Positions 1 to 11,137 of a DNA stretch of 64,000 nucleotides are shown one piece after another. The stretch is from an uncultured Pseudanabaenaceae cyanobacterium (GTDB lineage Bacteria > Cyanobacteriota > Cyanobacteriia > PCC-9006 > JAAUQQ01). The number at the start of each line of letters is the position of its first letter. Position 1 is the stretch's first letter. The notes under the pieces were generated by a model. That model searched no databases and was not told the origin of the DNA. It was given only the letters and a program-made list of their open reading frames with translations. The stretch spans positions 8,820 to 72,819 of the forward strand of contig CALLAT010000066.1 of NCBI GenBank assembly GCA_938002085.1, in the 5' to 3' direction. The position numbers and the translations under genes were made by a program.

Positions 1-594
1 CGCCGCAGTCGCTATCGCCGGGATGAACGCCCTGGCGATTCCGCAGGACGCTCGCTACGCAATCGCCCCCCAGAATTTGAAACGGGTCGATATGACGATG
101 GCTCTAACAGCGATGGTCAATATCGCGCTGCTGGGCAATATCAAGATCCCCGTGAACAGCGTCCCTATTGGGACACAAACGAGCCAAACGACACTTGGGT
201 TGATGAACCGAGTGATTTGCCCCCAGCCTGTCCATCCCAAGAACGATCTGAGACTAAAGCACGCTCTCAGCCAGAGCCTAGCCAACAGCAATACCTCGAT
301 GGAGAGTCAGGTGAAGCCTATGGCGGCTCCAAAAGCGATCGCTCTAATGCACCTCGCCCAGAAGCCGCACCCAATCCTGCACCGTCATCTCCCCCCATTC
401 CAGAGCCCCCTGCCAGCCGCGACAATCCCTGGGGCTATGCCGACAGTGCCACAGAATCCGACTGGGATGATTTGGGATTAGCTCAAGAAGAGGCCACCGC
501 CGCCCCTGCTGAGGGCGAACCGACTCAATCAGAGCAAGAGCCCCTGCCAGTCGTCGCCCCTGAGGATCTAGAAGACGATGACCCCTGGATTTAG
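1..594 (+). CDS. 3' end of a hypothetical protein (acidic, Pro-rich, probably disordered tail); 5' truncated by the window edge
   Basis: Frame 1 is open from base 1 (RRSRYRRDERPG...) to TAG at 594, ending ...EDLEDDDPWI. Confidence 0.65.
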   Translation, partial: RRSRYRRDERPGDSAGRSLRNRPPEFETGRYDDGSNSDGQYRAAGQYQDPREQRPYWDTNEPNDTWVDEPSDLPPACPSQERSETKARSQPEPSQQQYLDGESGEAYGGSKSDRSNAPRPEAAPNPAPSSPPIPEPPASRDNPWGYADSATESDWDDLGLAQEEATAAPAEGEPTQSEQEPLPVVAPEDLEDDDPWI

Positions 595-696
595 TTAGAC
601 CTTTGCTCCCTCGCAGAGCCAGTGCCAAAGCCAGTCTTCCTCAGCTTCTTCAAGAGGCCATCTAACTGGCCTGATGCTTAACCCCGGAGTTTGGGG

Positions 697-1770
697 TTAC
701 CGCTGTACAGGTGCCAAAACCCTACGACGATTGGGCAATGCTCCTAGGACCTGGGCGAAACTTACAGGCCGTTTTGCCCTGACCTGCAACCGGCTTACCC
801 GATGGCTCCGCTTCTGCTGATGCAAGTAGCGGTAGTGCAGGAAAATATAGTCAAAAGGGACAGCGACTGACTCCCCCTCGCATAGCAGTGAAAAGTAATA
901 GCTGGAATAGTGGCGGAAATCCACACGATGAATCGGCTTCAACCCCCGAGGCTCAGGTGGCTCTGCCACGCAATACAGCATCGGTCCCACTGGCATGAGG
1001 CTATCCCCCATGGCGCAGTTGCCGGTGCGCTCCGTTGTGACGCTGCTCAAGGTGTAGTTAAACAAGGAGCTGGGTTGCTCTGCGCAGCGCAGGGTCATAT
1101 AGCAAAACAGTTCATCGCTGTTCCACCAGTTGAGTGCATTCATCCAGCGCACTTCGGCTTGGTTGATGAGGCGATCGCGCAAAACTGCCATCGCGGCCTC
1201 ATCAATCACCCCTCGCTTGGAAGCAAACCAGCTAGAGCTATGAACGCGGTTGTTCAAGTTGATCTCCAGGCTGCTGGCGACCGCTCGGGTCACGATGGTC
1301 CGGTCAAAGGCTGAAACGGAAGCAGGCTTAGCGTGGTTCCAGTCATCCACTACAAAATCGTACTCATCCAGCTTGGCCCAGCAGTCATCCAGGGGCTTCA
1401 TCGCTAAACTTGCCACATCAAAGAAGGCAAATTTTTCAAAGGGGCCATCAAAAGCACAGAACTTTCGGAACAGCTCCGGCTCGCCATAGTTCCTTGCATA
1501 ACGCTGGCTAAGCTGATGAACCACCGGTAGTGCCTGCCATACGTTCGTTGCAAAGGACTCCCAGCGCGCCATGGAAACGGTGTCGGAGAACAGGCTCAAG
1601 TTCTCTCGCTCAGCAATAAAGTCTTGGATGCGAAGCGTCGCGTGATTCGCGGGAATGACACAAATGGGCAACTCGGCGGAGACATTGGCCTCAATGCTAT
1701 TCACCAAGGCAATCAACTGATCGTATTGGGCGTCGCTGGCAAGGATATAAATACCGTGAGAATGCAGCAT
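697..1770 (-). CDS. Npun_R2821/Npun_R2822-like family protein (putative glycosyltransferase-related)
   Basis: N-terminus GIYILASDAQYDQLIALVNSIEANV..LPICVIP and FRKFCAFDGPFEKF motif recalled for this cyanobacterial family. Confidence 0.7.
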   Translation of the reverse strand: MLHSHGIYILASDAQYDQLIALVNSIEANVSAELPICVIPANHATLRIQDFIAERENLSLFSDTVSMARWESFATNVWQALPVVHQLSQRYARNYGEPELFRKFCAFDGPFEKFAFFDVASLAMKPLDDCWAKLDEYDFVVDDWNHAKPASVSAFDRTIVTRAVASSLEINLNNRVHSSSWFASKRGVIDEAAMAVLRDRLINQAEVRWMNALNWWNSDELFCYMTLRCAEQPSSLFNYTLSSVTTERTGNCAMGDSLMPVGPMLYCVAEPPEPRGLKPIHRVDFRHYSSYYFSLLCEGESVAVPFDYIFLHYRYLHQQKRSHRVSRLQVRAKRPVSFAQVLGALPNRRRVLAPVQR

Positions 1771-2095
1771 ATGTGGGTTTAACCTAGGACGAAATCAGTG
1801 CGACGGCAGATGGGCAGCAAGGTCGCGTCTTAATGCTTCCGACGAGGCCTCAAAGGTCTCAAAACCGCTGTTCTCTGTCTAAGGATTGAGAAAGCTTAGC
1901 GGCGCTGTTAAACCTAATTTAGCCTGGAGTATCGGTTTATACGTAAACCTACAATGTGCTTTTGATTAGAGAAATAAAGCCTAGGCAAATTCCCTCGCAT
2001 TACTGGACGCATAGGCCTGGTGCCATCGCTCTCAATCCACATCACAGCGAGGCTTCTGGCCAGCTTGCCAACTTCGCTTACTTGATCTCCGTGGC

Positions 2096-3802
2096 CTACG
2101 GATTTCCCCCAGTCTCATCCACAATCAGCGAGCAGTGCGGATTGGGCATTTTCCCTAGAGGCTCGGGTCCCCGCGTCAGCATGAGTCCGTACTCCAATCC
2201 CTCAGCCACAGCTTGGTACGAGGCCTCCAAAATATTGGCTGAGACGCCCAGGGTGGTCCAGCGGCGACTTTGGCTTAGGCCCCCACCATTCGGCTCCATG
2301 GAAAAACTATCTGCTGCTGACTCCACCAGCACCCGCGTTTTTGCCCCGGTGCCTGCTGCGCCATCCAGGATGCGGACCTTGTAGTCCTTTAGCTGAAACT
2401 GGCTGACTTCGGGATAGAAATTAGTCAGGGCTTTCCGCAGGGCTTTGTCTAGGGCAGAGACAGGGCCGCAGCCTTCCCCTGCCTCTAGCATTTCCTGTTC
2501 GCCCACCATGACTTTTACGGTGGCGATCGCTGTGGAGTCCTCTCCCCGATGGCCACAGTGGACCTGGAATTCACTAAGAGAGAAGAAGGGCGATCGCAGC
2601 CCCATCACCTCCCGCATCAGCAGCTCAAAGCTGGCCTCTGCCGCCTCAAACTGATAGCCCTGGCTCTCCAGCTGCTTCAGCCGCGCCAACAGCTCCCGCC
2701 CCGCCGGGTCCGCCTTGTCCAGCTTTAAACCAAAGCTCTGGGCCTTTGAAAAGACATTGCTCAAGCCGGATTGCTCTGAAATGACAATGCGCCGCTGATT
2801 ACCCACGCTCTCCGGGGGCAAATGCTCATAGGTGAGGGGATTTTTCCGCACCGCGCTCACATGGATGCCGCCCTTATGGGCAAAGGCCGATCGCCCCACA
2901 AAAGCAGCATGGTCATTGGGGGCCAGATTCACCACCTCACTCACCAAGCGACTCACTGATGTCAGCTGTTGCAGTTGCTCCGCCGCCAAACAGTCGTAAC
3001 CCAGCTTCAATTGCAGGTTGGGAATTAGGGAGCAGAGATTCGCATTGCCGCAGCGTTCGCCATAGCCATTGATGGTGCCCTGGACCATGCGAGCACCCTT
3101 GTTCACCGCTGCTAGGGCATTAGCCACTGCCGTTTCGCTGTCGTTATGGCTGTGAATCCCGATTTGAATGCCGGAACCGAGATGGTCTCGCACCGCTGCC
3201 ACAATCTCGCCAATTTCTTGGGGCAGCGTTCCGCCGTTGGTATCGCACAGGCTCAACCAAGTTGCCCCAGCATTGGCAGCCACTTCCAGGGTTTGCAAGG
3301 CATAGCCTGGATTGGCCTTATAGCCATCAAACCAATGCTCCGCGTCATAAATCACCTGTCGCCCCTGGCTGATCAGATAACGAATACTGTCATCAATAAT
3401 CTGCACATTCTCCGGCAGGGGCACCTTGAGGCTGTCCGTCACATGCAAATCCCAGGACTTGCCAAACAGCGTCACCCAGCGACTGCCTGCCGCCAGAATC
3501 GCCCGCAAAAAATCATCATCTTCCGCCTTCACCCCAGGCCGCCGCGTCGAGCAAAAAGCCACTACCTCCGCCTGGTTCAGGGGCTGCTGCTGGAGCTGCC
3601 AAAAGAACTGCACATCCTTCGGGTTGGCCCCTGGCCAGCCCCCTTCAATAAAAGGAATGCCCAAACGATCCAGCTCCCGGGCAATGCGGAGCTTATCGGC
3701 AATGGATAGGGAAATACCCTCCCGCTGGGAGCCATCCCGCAGCGTCGTGTCGTAGATCCACAGGTGCTCAGCGCTAGAGACGTCCAGAGGCATTCCAGTC
3801 AT
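2096..3802 (-). CDS. cimA: Citramalate synthase (alpha-isopropylmalate synthase family)
   Basis: YDTTLRDGSQREG, EGGWPGANPKD, YDAEHWFDG, HSHND, GYGERCGNANL, AFAHKGGIHVSAV motifs plus C-terminal regulatory domain. Confidence 0.9.
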   Translation of the reverse strand: MTGMPLDVSSAEHLWIYDTTLRDGSQREGISLSIADKLRIARELDRLGIPFIEGGWPGANPKDVQFFWQLQQQPLNQAEVVAFCSTRRPGVKAEDDDFLRAILAAGSRWVTLFGKSWDLHVTDSLKVPLPENVQIIDDSIRYLISQGRQVIYDAEHWFDGYKANPGYALQTLEVAANAGATWLSLCDTNGGTLPQEIGEIVAAVRDHLGSGIQIGIHSHNDSETAVANALAAVNKGARMVQGTINGYGERCGNANLCSLIPNLQLKLGYDCLAAEQLQQLTSVSRLVSEVVNLAPNDHAAFVGRSAFAHKGGIHVSAVRKNPLTYEHLPPESVGNQRRIVISEQSGLSNVFSKAQSFGLKLDKADPAGRELLARLKQLESQGYQFEAAEASFELLMREVMGLRSPFFSLSEFQVHCGHRGEDSTAIATVKVMVGEQEMLEAGEGCGPVSALDKALRKALTNFYPEVSQFQLKDYKVRILDGAAGTGAKTRVLVESAADSFSMEPNGGGLSQSRRWTTLGVSANILEASYQAVAEGLEYGLMLTRGPEPLGKMPNPHCSLIVDETGGNP

Positions 3803-3851
3803 GTTCCCTATATCCTTTGCTTAGCCGTTGCGATCGCTAATAAAACTTTCC

Positions 3852-4211
3852 ATGCCCACCATCACCGCTGCTGGTCAAACCTTTACCTGCGAAAGCGGAG
3901 CCAACCTACGCCGGGCGCTCCTCGACCAGGGCATCGACCTCCATAACGGCAAGGCCAAATTGATCAACTGTCGCGGCATTGGCAGTTGTGGCACCTGCGC
4001 TGTCCAGGTCGACGGTGAAACCAGCCCCCGGAACTGGCGTGAAAACCAGCGTCTTGCCTTTCTGCCCCACCGCCGTGAGACCTCTAGCCACAAACGATTG
4101 GCCTGTCAAACTCGCGTTTTGGGCAATGTAACCGTAACCAAATACACCGGCTTCTGGGGCCAAGATGACACAATTCGTTGGGGCCTAGACAGGGCTCCTC
4201 GCGACCCTTGA
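3852..4211 (+). CDS. 2Fe-2S ferredoxin
   Basis: CRGIGSCGTC...RLACQ cluster ligands; ATG at 3852 (MPTITAAG). Confidence 0.9.
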   Translation: MPTITAAGQTFTCESGANLRRALLDQGIDLHNGKAKLINCRGIGSCGTCAVQVDGETSPRNWRENQRLAFLPHRRETSSHKRLACQTRVLGNVTVTKYTGFWGQDDTIRWGLDRAPRDP

Positions 4212-4403
4212 AAGCGGGGTTAGCCTATCTTTTTCATCGTATCGAAATAATGTTTGGGCCAAACCTGTCCCAGCCCAGCGGCTTTCCCAGGCCCATTGGC
4301 TTAATCCCCTGTGAAGAAAATTAAAATGCTTGCCTATAATGGGGCCTAATTCGGGAAATCGATAGAATCACGTGGTGTTGATGGCGATCGCCAAAGGGAA
4401 AGC

Positions 4404-4943
4404 ATGTTTCGACTGTCTAATCTAGTTACGGCCTTGTTTGGCGTCATCGCTGCCCTAGGAACTATCCTCGGCATTAGTAGCCTGGGCAACGCCAGCAAAA
4501 TCGTCAAACAGCCCGGCGAACAACTCACCCAGGAGCAAGAGCCAAGCATCGCTGAAACCCTCAGCAATGGCATCGCTGGTCTTAATTCCCAAGACAACAT
4601 TGCCCAGTCCGGTGCTCGTCAAGTGGGCCAGAATGCGACCAATTCAGCAGATGAGGCGACCCCAGCGGCTGCAGATAGCGCTGCTAAAACGACCAGCCAA
4701 AACCCCAGTGCAGACTTTTTTGTTCAGGGTGAAGGTGCCGTGCTGGATGCAGAGCCTGCTCCGCCATCCACTCCCACTGAAGCCACTGCTGTTCAGCTGG
4801 ACCCATCTCCCGGTGTCGTTCCTCCCACCGCACCTGCCACTGTTCCGACCCAGGCTCCTGTGGCCCAGGCTCCCGAAGCGACTGAAAGGACTCCCGCCCC
4901 AGCCCCGGCTCCGGCTCCTGTGCCCGTTCGGGCCATGTGGTAA
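4404..4943 (+). CDS. Hypothetical membrane-anchored or secreted Pro/Ala-rich protein ending PVRAMW
   Basis: N-terminal hydrophobic helix, low-complexity body, followed by a hairpin at ~5006-5042. Confidence 0.7.
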   Translation: MFRLSNLVTALFGVIAALGTILGISSLGNASKIVKQPGEQLTQEQEPSIAETLSNGIAGLNSQDNIAQSGARQVGQNATNSADEATPAAADSAAKTTSQNPSADFFVQGEGAVLDAEPAPPSTPTEATAVQLDPSPGVVPPTAPATVPTQAPVAQAPEATERTPAPAPAPAPVPVRAMW

Positions 4944-5384
4944 GCGGCTGAAGAAATGGCAACCCATTGCTTCAAATCAAAAAATCTAAGTCAATAAAAC
5001 TCCTCAATGCACCCGGATAGCTTCGTCTATCCTGGTGCATTGCATTGTGAGGTCTGCTGACTAAGGCTGCAATGGCACTTTGGCGATCGCCCGTGATTGA
5101 AGCTTGCTTCTGTCAACGGCTCATTTCTTTAAGGTTGATGTCCAACGGGGGCTGTAACAGCTGTTGGCCGATTCCCTAGGCCGCATCAACCCACGCTTTC
5201 GACTAGAGTAAGTAGAGAAGCGATCGCTAAACAGTTGGTATTCCCTGACATCTAATCCTCAACTTGAGGGGGTCAGTAAGAACCGACTCGGTGGAAACGC
5301 CTACTGTGATGCGAAATTGGCATTTCTACCTTTGTAGATAACAACTTCCTTTTTGATTGAGTCCCCTCAGGGGTTATAGCAAGC

Positions 5385-7289
5385 ATGCACCTAAGCGAAC
5401 TGACCCACCCAAACCAGCTGCAAGACTTCTCCCTCAGCCAGCTTGAGCAAATTGGCCGAGAAATTCGTGAGAAGCATCTGGATACCGTTGCAGCCAGCGG
5501 CGGCCATCTGGGACCGGGACTAGGCGTTGTAGAGCTAACGGTTGCGCTGTATCACACCCTTGATTTGGACCGCGATAAGGTCATCTGGGATGTGGGGCAC
5601 CAGGCCTACCCCCATAAATTACTAACGGGTCGTTATAAAGATTTTCACACCCTGCGTCAAAAGAACGGCGTTGCAGGCTACCTCAAGCGCAGCGAGAGCA
5701 AATTTGACCATTTTGGTGCGGGTCACGCCTCCACTAGCATCTCTGCCGGTTTAGGCATGGCCATGGCCCGCGATGCCAAGGGAGATGACTTCAAGGTGGT
5801 TTCCGTTATTGGTGACGGTGCCCTTACAGGCGGCATGGCTTTAGAAGCGATTAACCATGCGGGCCACATGCCCAACACCAACCTGATGGTGGTGCTCAAC
5901 GACAATGAGATGTCCATCTCTCCCAATGTGGGAGCCATTCCCCGCTATCTCAACAAGATTCGCCTCAGCCCTCCGATGCAGTTCCTCTCGGACAACATCG
6001 AAGACCAGCTCAAGCAGCTGCCCTTTGTGAGCGATTCGATGCCCGAACTAAACCGCTTCAAGGAAGGGGTTAAGCGCCTCGCAGTATCCAAGGTCGGTGC
6101 CGTCTTTGAGGAGCTGGGCTTTACCTATGTGGGGCCTGTGGATGGCCACAACTTAGAAGAGCTGGTTAACACCTTCAAGGAAGCCCACGAAATCACTGGC
6201 CCTGTATTGGTCCATGTGGCGACGACCAAGGGTAAAGGTTATGCGATCGCCGAGAAAGACCAAGTGGGCTACCATGCCCAGTCTCCCTTTGACCTGACCT
6301 CCGGTAAATCCAAGCCTTCGAATAAACCCAAGCCCCCCAGCTATTCCAAAGTCTTTGCTGAGACCTTAACCAAAATTGCCGAGGACAATCCTAAAGTCAT
6401 GGGCATTACCGCTGCCATGGCAACAGGGACAGGCCTCACCACTTTGCAAAAACGTTGCCCCGAGCAATATGTCGACGTGGGCATAGCTGAGCAACATGCG
6501 ATGACCCTTGCTGCGGGTATGGCCTGCGAAGGCATGCGTCCTGTGGCAGCCATCTACTCGACTTTCCTTCAGCGCGCCTTCGATCAAATCATCCATGACG
6601 TCTGCATTCAAAAGCTGCCCGTTGTCATCGCGATTGATCGGGCTGGCATCGTCGGTGCCGATGGCCCCACCCACCAAGGGGCTTACGACATTGCCTATTT
6701 GCGCCATATCCCCAACCTTACGGTCATGGCTCCCAAGGATGAGGCAGAACTCCAGCGCATGGTGGTGACTGCGATTAACCACACCCAAGGCCCGATCGCG
6801 CTGCGTTACCCCCGAGGTAGTGGCTACGGTGTGCCCCTTATGGAAGAAGGTTGGGAGCCTTTAGAAATTGGCAAAGGCGAAATTCTCCGTCAGGGTGACG
6901 ATGTTCTGATTGCAGCCTATGGTTCCATGGTGAACCCAGCCTTGCAAACGGCTGAAATTCTCAGCGAGCATGGCGTAGAGGCCACGGTCATTAATGCACG
7001 CTTCGTCAAGCCCCTCGACACTGACCTCATCCTGCCCCTCGCCCAGAGCATCGGGAAGGTGGTGACGATGGAAGAGGGATGCCTACAGGGTGGGTTTGGT
7101 TCCGCGATCGCCGAAGCGATGGTCGACTCAGACACCCAGGTTCCCATGCTCCGTCTAGGCATTCCTGACCTCCTGGTGGATCATGCAGCGGTTAACGAAT
7201 CCATGATTGATTTAGGGCTGACGCCTGCCCAAATGGCAGAGCGCGTCTTGAAAAAGTTCAATTTGAAGCCTGCTGTACTGACCGTCTAA
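5385..7289 (+). CDS. dxs: 1-deoxy-D-xylulose-5-phosphate synthase
   Basis: [40 protein letters not shown] (TPP binding), [15 protein letters not shown]. Confidence 0.98.
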   Translation: MHLSELTHPNQLQDFSLSQLEQIGREIREKHLDTVAASGGHLGPGLGVVELTVALYHTLDLDRDKVIWDVGHQAYPHKLLTGRYKDFHTLRQKNGVAGYLKRSESKFDHFGAGHASTSISAGLGMAMARDAKGDDFKVVSVIGDGALTGGMALEAINHAGHMPNTNLMVVLNDNEMSISPNVGAIPRYLNKIRLSPPMQFLSDNIEDQLKQLPFVSDSMPELNRFKEGVKRLAVSKVGAVFEELGFTYVGPVDGHNLEELVNTFKEAHEITGPVLVHVATTKGKGYAIAEKDQVGYHAQSPFDLTSGKSKPSNKPKPPSYSKVFAETLTKIAEDNPKVMGITAAMATGTGLTTLQKRCPEQYVDVGIAEQHAMTLAAGMACEGMRPVAAIYSTFLQRAFDQIIHDVCIQKLPVVIAIDRAGIVGADGPTHQGAYDIAYLRHIPNLTVMAPKDEAELQRMVVTAINHTQGPIALRYPRGSGYGVPLMEEGWEPLEIGKGEILRQGDDVLIAAYGSMVNPALQTAEILSEHGVEATVINARFVKPLDTDLILPLAQSIGKVVTMEEGCLQGGFGSAIAEAMVDSDTQVPMLRLGIPDLLVDHAAVNESMIDLGLTPAQMAERVLKKFNLKPAVLTV

Positions 7290-7310
7290 ATCATTTGCAC
7301 AGAAGTCTGG

Positions 7311-7356
7311 ATAAAGGAAAAGGCCAGGTCTATTAAGACCTGGCCTTTTCCTTTAT
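7311..7356. terminator. Intrinsic terminator after dxs (20-bp perfect stem)
   Basis: ataaaggaaaaggccaggtc-tattaa-gacctggccttttcctttat. Confidence 0.85.
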
Positions 7357-7578
7357 GGCAAAATAGCGATTAAACGAGCTATCATTTCTCACTTAGATTG
7401 AATGTATGAAAATATAAATTGCTGTAACATCCCTTTGAAATTTAAATTTCGCCGGTAAAATTTAGTCACTGGGGTGCGTAAGTCGAGCTACATAAAGAAG
7501 GCAGAAAAGCTACTTCACTTGTGAACTGGGTAGAAATATCCCTACGAGCCAAGCGACATGAGCAACTGATTATTTGTT

Positions 7579-8700
7579 ATGGTTCCCCAGCTTCTAATTG
7601 TTGATGATCAAAGTGAGAACTTCAAAGTGATTGAAGTTCTTCTATCTCGTGAGCCCTATGAGCTGAGCTATGTTGCCAGCGGGAAAGCCGCATTGGAATA
7701 TCTCCAGTTCCATGATCCTGATGTCATCCTGTTGGATATCATGATGCCTGAAATGGATGGCTATGACTTAGCCAGACGCATCAAGAACCACAGCGAATGG
7801 CAGCATATCCCCATCATTGCCATTACAGCGCTCAGTGGTAGTGAAGACCTAGATAAGTGTCTCGCTGCGGGGGCCGATGATTTTATTTCTAAGCCCGTGG
7901 ATGGGGTAGAGCTTCGAGCCCGGATTCGGGCGATGCTGCGCATTCGCCGCCAGTATGAGCGTCTCCATTATCTTGTTGATCTGCAGGATGACTTGGCTCA
8001 CATGATGGTCCATGACCTGCGTAGCCCGCTCACGAGTATTGCCATGTCCACATCAGTGCTGGACCGAGTGGTTGAGGAGCCGCTGCCGAAGAAACAGGTC
8101 AAGCGCATTCTGGCTTCGATTAATCGCTTGCAATGCATGATTGACAGCGTCTTGATGCTAGGAAAACTGAAGTCGGATCGCATGGCACTGCGACTTCAAG
8201 ATCTCGATGTTGCTGAAATGCTTCAAGAGGCGATCGAGGATTTCCAGCTTTTTGCTAAGCAACGCTCTATCGACATTGTCACTGAGCTGCCCCAAGAGTC
8301 GACAGCGGTTCTTGCTGACAACCTCCTGATTCGTCGCGTGGTTGATAACCTGCTAAGCAATGCAGTTAAGTTTTCCAATCAAGACAGCACCATCACGGTT
8401 CGAGTCAGTTATCCCCACCAAAAACGATTGCGCATTCAAGTCATTGATCAAGGGCCAGGCGTGAGTCCTGATCTCCAGGAACGTTTGTTCCAGAAGTTTG
8501 AGGTGGATAACCTTGTTACAGGAGTCAAGCAAACGGGCTTAGGATTGGCGTTTTGCAAAATGGCGATTGAAGCCCATAGTGGGACGATCTACGTGCAGCC
8601 CAATGAACCGAAGGGGTCTATTTTCAATATTGAAATTGATTGCCATCCCGCAGAGATGATGGCCTTGCCCACGGAAAATGATACGGCTCAAGACAGTTAA
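7579..8700 (+). CDS. Hybrid response regulator / histidine kinase (REC-HisKA-HATPase)
   Basis: LIVDD, LLDIMMP, FISKP receiver; HDLRSPL H-box; NLLSNAVKF, DQGPG, GLGL. Confidence 0.95.
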   Translation: MVPQLLIVDDQSENFKVIEVLLSREPYELSYVASGKAALEYLQFHDPDVILLDIMMPEMDGYDLARRIKNHSEWQHIPIIAITALSGSEDLDKCLAAGADDFISKPVDGVELRARIRAMLRIRRQYERLHYLVDLQDDLAHMMVHDLRSPLTSIAMSTSVLDRVVEEPLPKKQVKRILASINRLQCMIDSVLMLGKLKSDRMALRLQDLDVAEMLQEAIEDFQLFAKQRSIDIVTELPQESTAVLADNLLIRRVVDNLLSNAVKFSNQDSTITVRVSYPHQKRLRIQVIDQGPGVSPDLQERLFQKFEVDNLVTGVKQTGLGLAFCKMAIEAHSGTIYVQPNEPKGSIFNIEIDCHPAEMMALPTENDTAQDS

Positions 8701-8761
8701 GGCTAGGGCTTCCCGTTCGTTGGTTTTGCCTTGGAGCAGCGGTTGTTTTGAGGCAGAGCTT

Positions 8762-9121
8762 CTAGCTGAGGGAACGGGTTAGTTCAACCGTAATTGAGCC
8801 GCTAAAGTTTGGGATTGGCGGTGAGACCTTGGTCAGGCGCACTTTCACTTGCTGACAAATGTTGAGTTCTAGCAAGGTTTGAGCGATCGCCCCTGCCAAC
8901 CGCTCGACTGTCTTAAAGACTTGCTGTTCAATGACATCGCGCACTGCTTCGATGACCTGGCGATAGTCTGCGGTGTCATCGAGGCGATCGCTCTGGGATG
9001 CTGCGGTTAGATCCAGCCACAGCGTCAGACTCACTTCAAACCACTGCCCCAGTCGGGTTTCCTCTGGTAAATACCCCGTGTAGCCGTAGCAACGGAGGTC
9101 ATTGATGTGGAGCTGATCCAT
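8762..9121 (-). CDS. folB: Dihydroneopterin aldolase
   Basis: YGYTGYLPEETRLGQWFEV, DTADY, VRLTK..PPIP. Confidence 0.93.
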   Translation of the reverse strand: MDQLHINDLRCYGYTGYLPEETRLGQWFEVSLTLWLDLTAASQSDRLDDTADYRQVIEAVRDVIEQQVFKTVERLAGAIAQTLLELNICQQVKVRLTKVSPPIPNFSGSITVELTRSLS

Positions 9122-9235
9122 AGGGGAGAGAAGGCTGCGGGCGACAGGTTCAGAAAATAAACAAAGTTCCGAGATCGGGAATTTATCATGGTTGAGCAGG
9201 CACTAATCGTGCAGCCCATAAACCATGACTCCCGA

Positions 9236-10552
9236 CTAAAAATCCTCATGGAGGAAGGGCTTGGCATTTTCTCCCACATAGCTGGCTGCCACATGGCCAT
9301 CGCCCACCATTTGGTACTTGTAGGTCACGAGGCCCTCCAATCCCACAGGCCCCCGAGGCGGTAGCTTCTGCGTGCTAATGCCGACCTCCGCACCAAAGCC
9401 ATAGCGAAAACCGTCGGCGAAGCGAGTAGAACAATTGTGATACACACCAGCGCTATCAACCCGGCTCATGAAGGTCTGAGCTGCTTCGCTATTTTCAGTC
9501 ACAATGCAATCGGTATGGTGGGAGCCATAGTAATTGATGTGATCAATTGCTTCATCTAGGCTGTCTACGACTTTCACCGCTAGAACGAGATCGCTGTACT
9601 CGGTGGTCCAGTCTTCTTCGGTAGCGGCTTCTAGTTTATAGGCTTCACCCAAAGCTGCCCGGACCCGCTCATCACAGCGCAGCTGAACCTTCACGTTTTG
9701 CAGGGCATTAAAGACCTTCGGCAACAGAGTCTCAACCAAACTTGAATGAACTAACAGGGTCTCGATGGCATTGCAAGCTGCAGGATATTGATGCTTGGCA
9801 TCAAAGGCAATGCGAGCTGCCTTTTCAACTTCTGCCGTTTCATCTAAATACAGATGACAAATGCCATCGGCATGGCCCAGTACGGGAATGCGGGTGTTGT
9901 CCTGAACATATTGAACAAAGGAATTTGAGCCCCGAGGAATAATCAAATCCACATCCCGATCAAGCTTCAGCAGCTCGGCAATTTCAGAGCGACTTGTAAG
10001 GAGTTGAATCGCTGCGGGATCAATCCCAGCATTTCTCAGCCCGGTTTGGATGGCTTGGACGATCGCCTTGCAAGATCGCACCGCCTCCCGACCTCCTTTC
10101 ATGATGGCGCCATTGCCGGACTTGATGGCGAGGGAAGCAATCTGAATTACCGCATCGGGCCGGGCTTCAAAGATGATCCCTAAAACCCCTACGGGACAGG
10201 CCAAGCGGCGTAAGACTAGCCCATCATCGATGCGTCGTTGAATCTGGACTTGCCCAATGGGATCAGCAAGGCGAGCCACGTCTCGTACCCCGGCGATCGC
10301 CCCGGTTAACTTAGCCCCCTCCAGCTTCAGTCGGGCATAGAGTGCGGCTGAAATTTGTTCGACTTTCGCAATCTCGCGATCCGCGCGGTTCGCAGCCTGA
10401 ATATCGGCTTGAGCTGCCTCTAGGGCCTGGGCGATCGCCTCCAAAGCCTGGTTGCGTTGTTCCGTAGAAAGCGCCGCCAATTGCTGAGCAGCTCGGCGAG
10501 TCTGCTTAGCCAGCTCAGGCAGGGGCAAATTGCGAGAAGAGATCGCGGTCAT
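9236..10552 (-). CDS. proA: Gamma-glutamyl phosphate reductase
   Basis: [55 protein letters not shown]. Confidence 0.97.
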   Translation of the reverse strand: MTAISSRNLPLPELAKQTRRAAQQLAALSTEQRNQALEAIAQALEAAQADIQAANRADREIAKVEQISAALYARLKLEGAKLTGAIAGVRDVARLADPIGQVQIQRRIDDGLVLRRLACPVGVLGIIFEARPDAVIQIASLAIKSGNGAIMKGGREAVRSCKAIVQAIQTGLRNAGIDPAAIQLLTSRSEIAELLKLDRDVDLIIPRGSNSFVQYVQDNTRIPVLGHADGICHLYLDETAEVEKAARIAFDAKHQYPAACNAIETLLVHSSLVETLLPKVFNALQNVKVQLRCDERVRAALGEAYKLEAATEEDWTTEYSDLVLAVKVVDSLDEAIDHINYYGSHHTDCIVTENSEAAQTFMSRVDSAGVYHNCSTRFADGFRYGFGAEVGISTQKLPPRGPVGLEGLVTYKYQMVGDGHVAASYVGENAKPFLHEDF

Positions 10553-11137
10553 GGCAGGTGCTCACACAAAACGAATACGAACTGACTTTAGAGTGGGGAG
10601 CATCTCTAATACTGACCCCACACCATCCTCAAAACCATTTCCAAAGTCTTTCCCGTGACCGGAATCCTTTCGGCAAGAGATGAAGTCTTATATGGTAACG
10701 GCAACTGAATCTGATTTTACGGGATCACTTGTCTCTCCTAGATGAATGCTGAAGCTACAGGTGCTTGAGTCTTTCTTGGCAAAGGAGAGGTTCGGCCCCC
10801 TACTGATCGTTTAGGGGGTGAGCCAATACATGGGTCTTCGCCATCTTGGCGAATGCTAAGACATCCGGCAAAATACTCAATACCAGAGGCTTTCAGGGCT
10901 TTTACTATTACAGATTATTGGATATTTGGAGTTGGCTCCTCAACTCCAAATATATGTGGCATTGGCTTCTTTGGGCATTATTTCCCCTCCTAAAAGTCCA
11001 CCCCTTTAAACGCCCCACTTGCTAAGGCAAGAGGTGCTCTCACTATTAATAGGCGTGTTCCGCTTACTTCTTATTCTTAAAGACTTTCTCGACCACTCTC
11101 GCTTGATTGACGCTTTCAGCTCAACAGCATCTCTGCC

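Noticed and set aside
2260-2320. Extra segment in the CimA C-terminus as an intein or insertion element
   Set aside because: Only a short in-frame loop with no intein motifs
5200-5384. Riboswitch (e.g. TPP) in the dxs leader
   Set aside because: Small hairpins are present but the TPP consensus (CUGAGA, AUACCUG) is not
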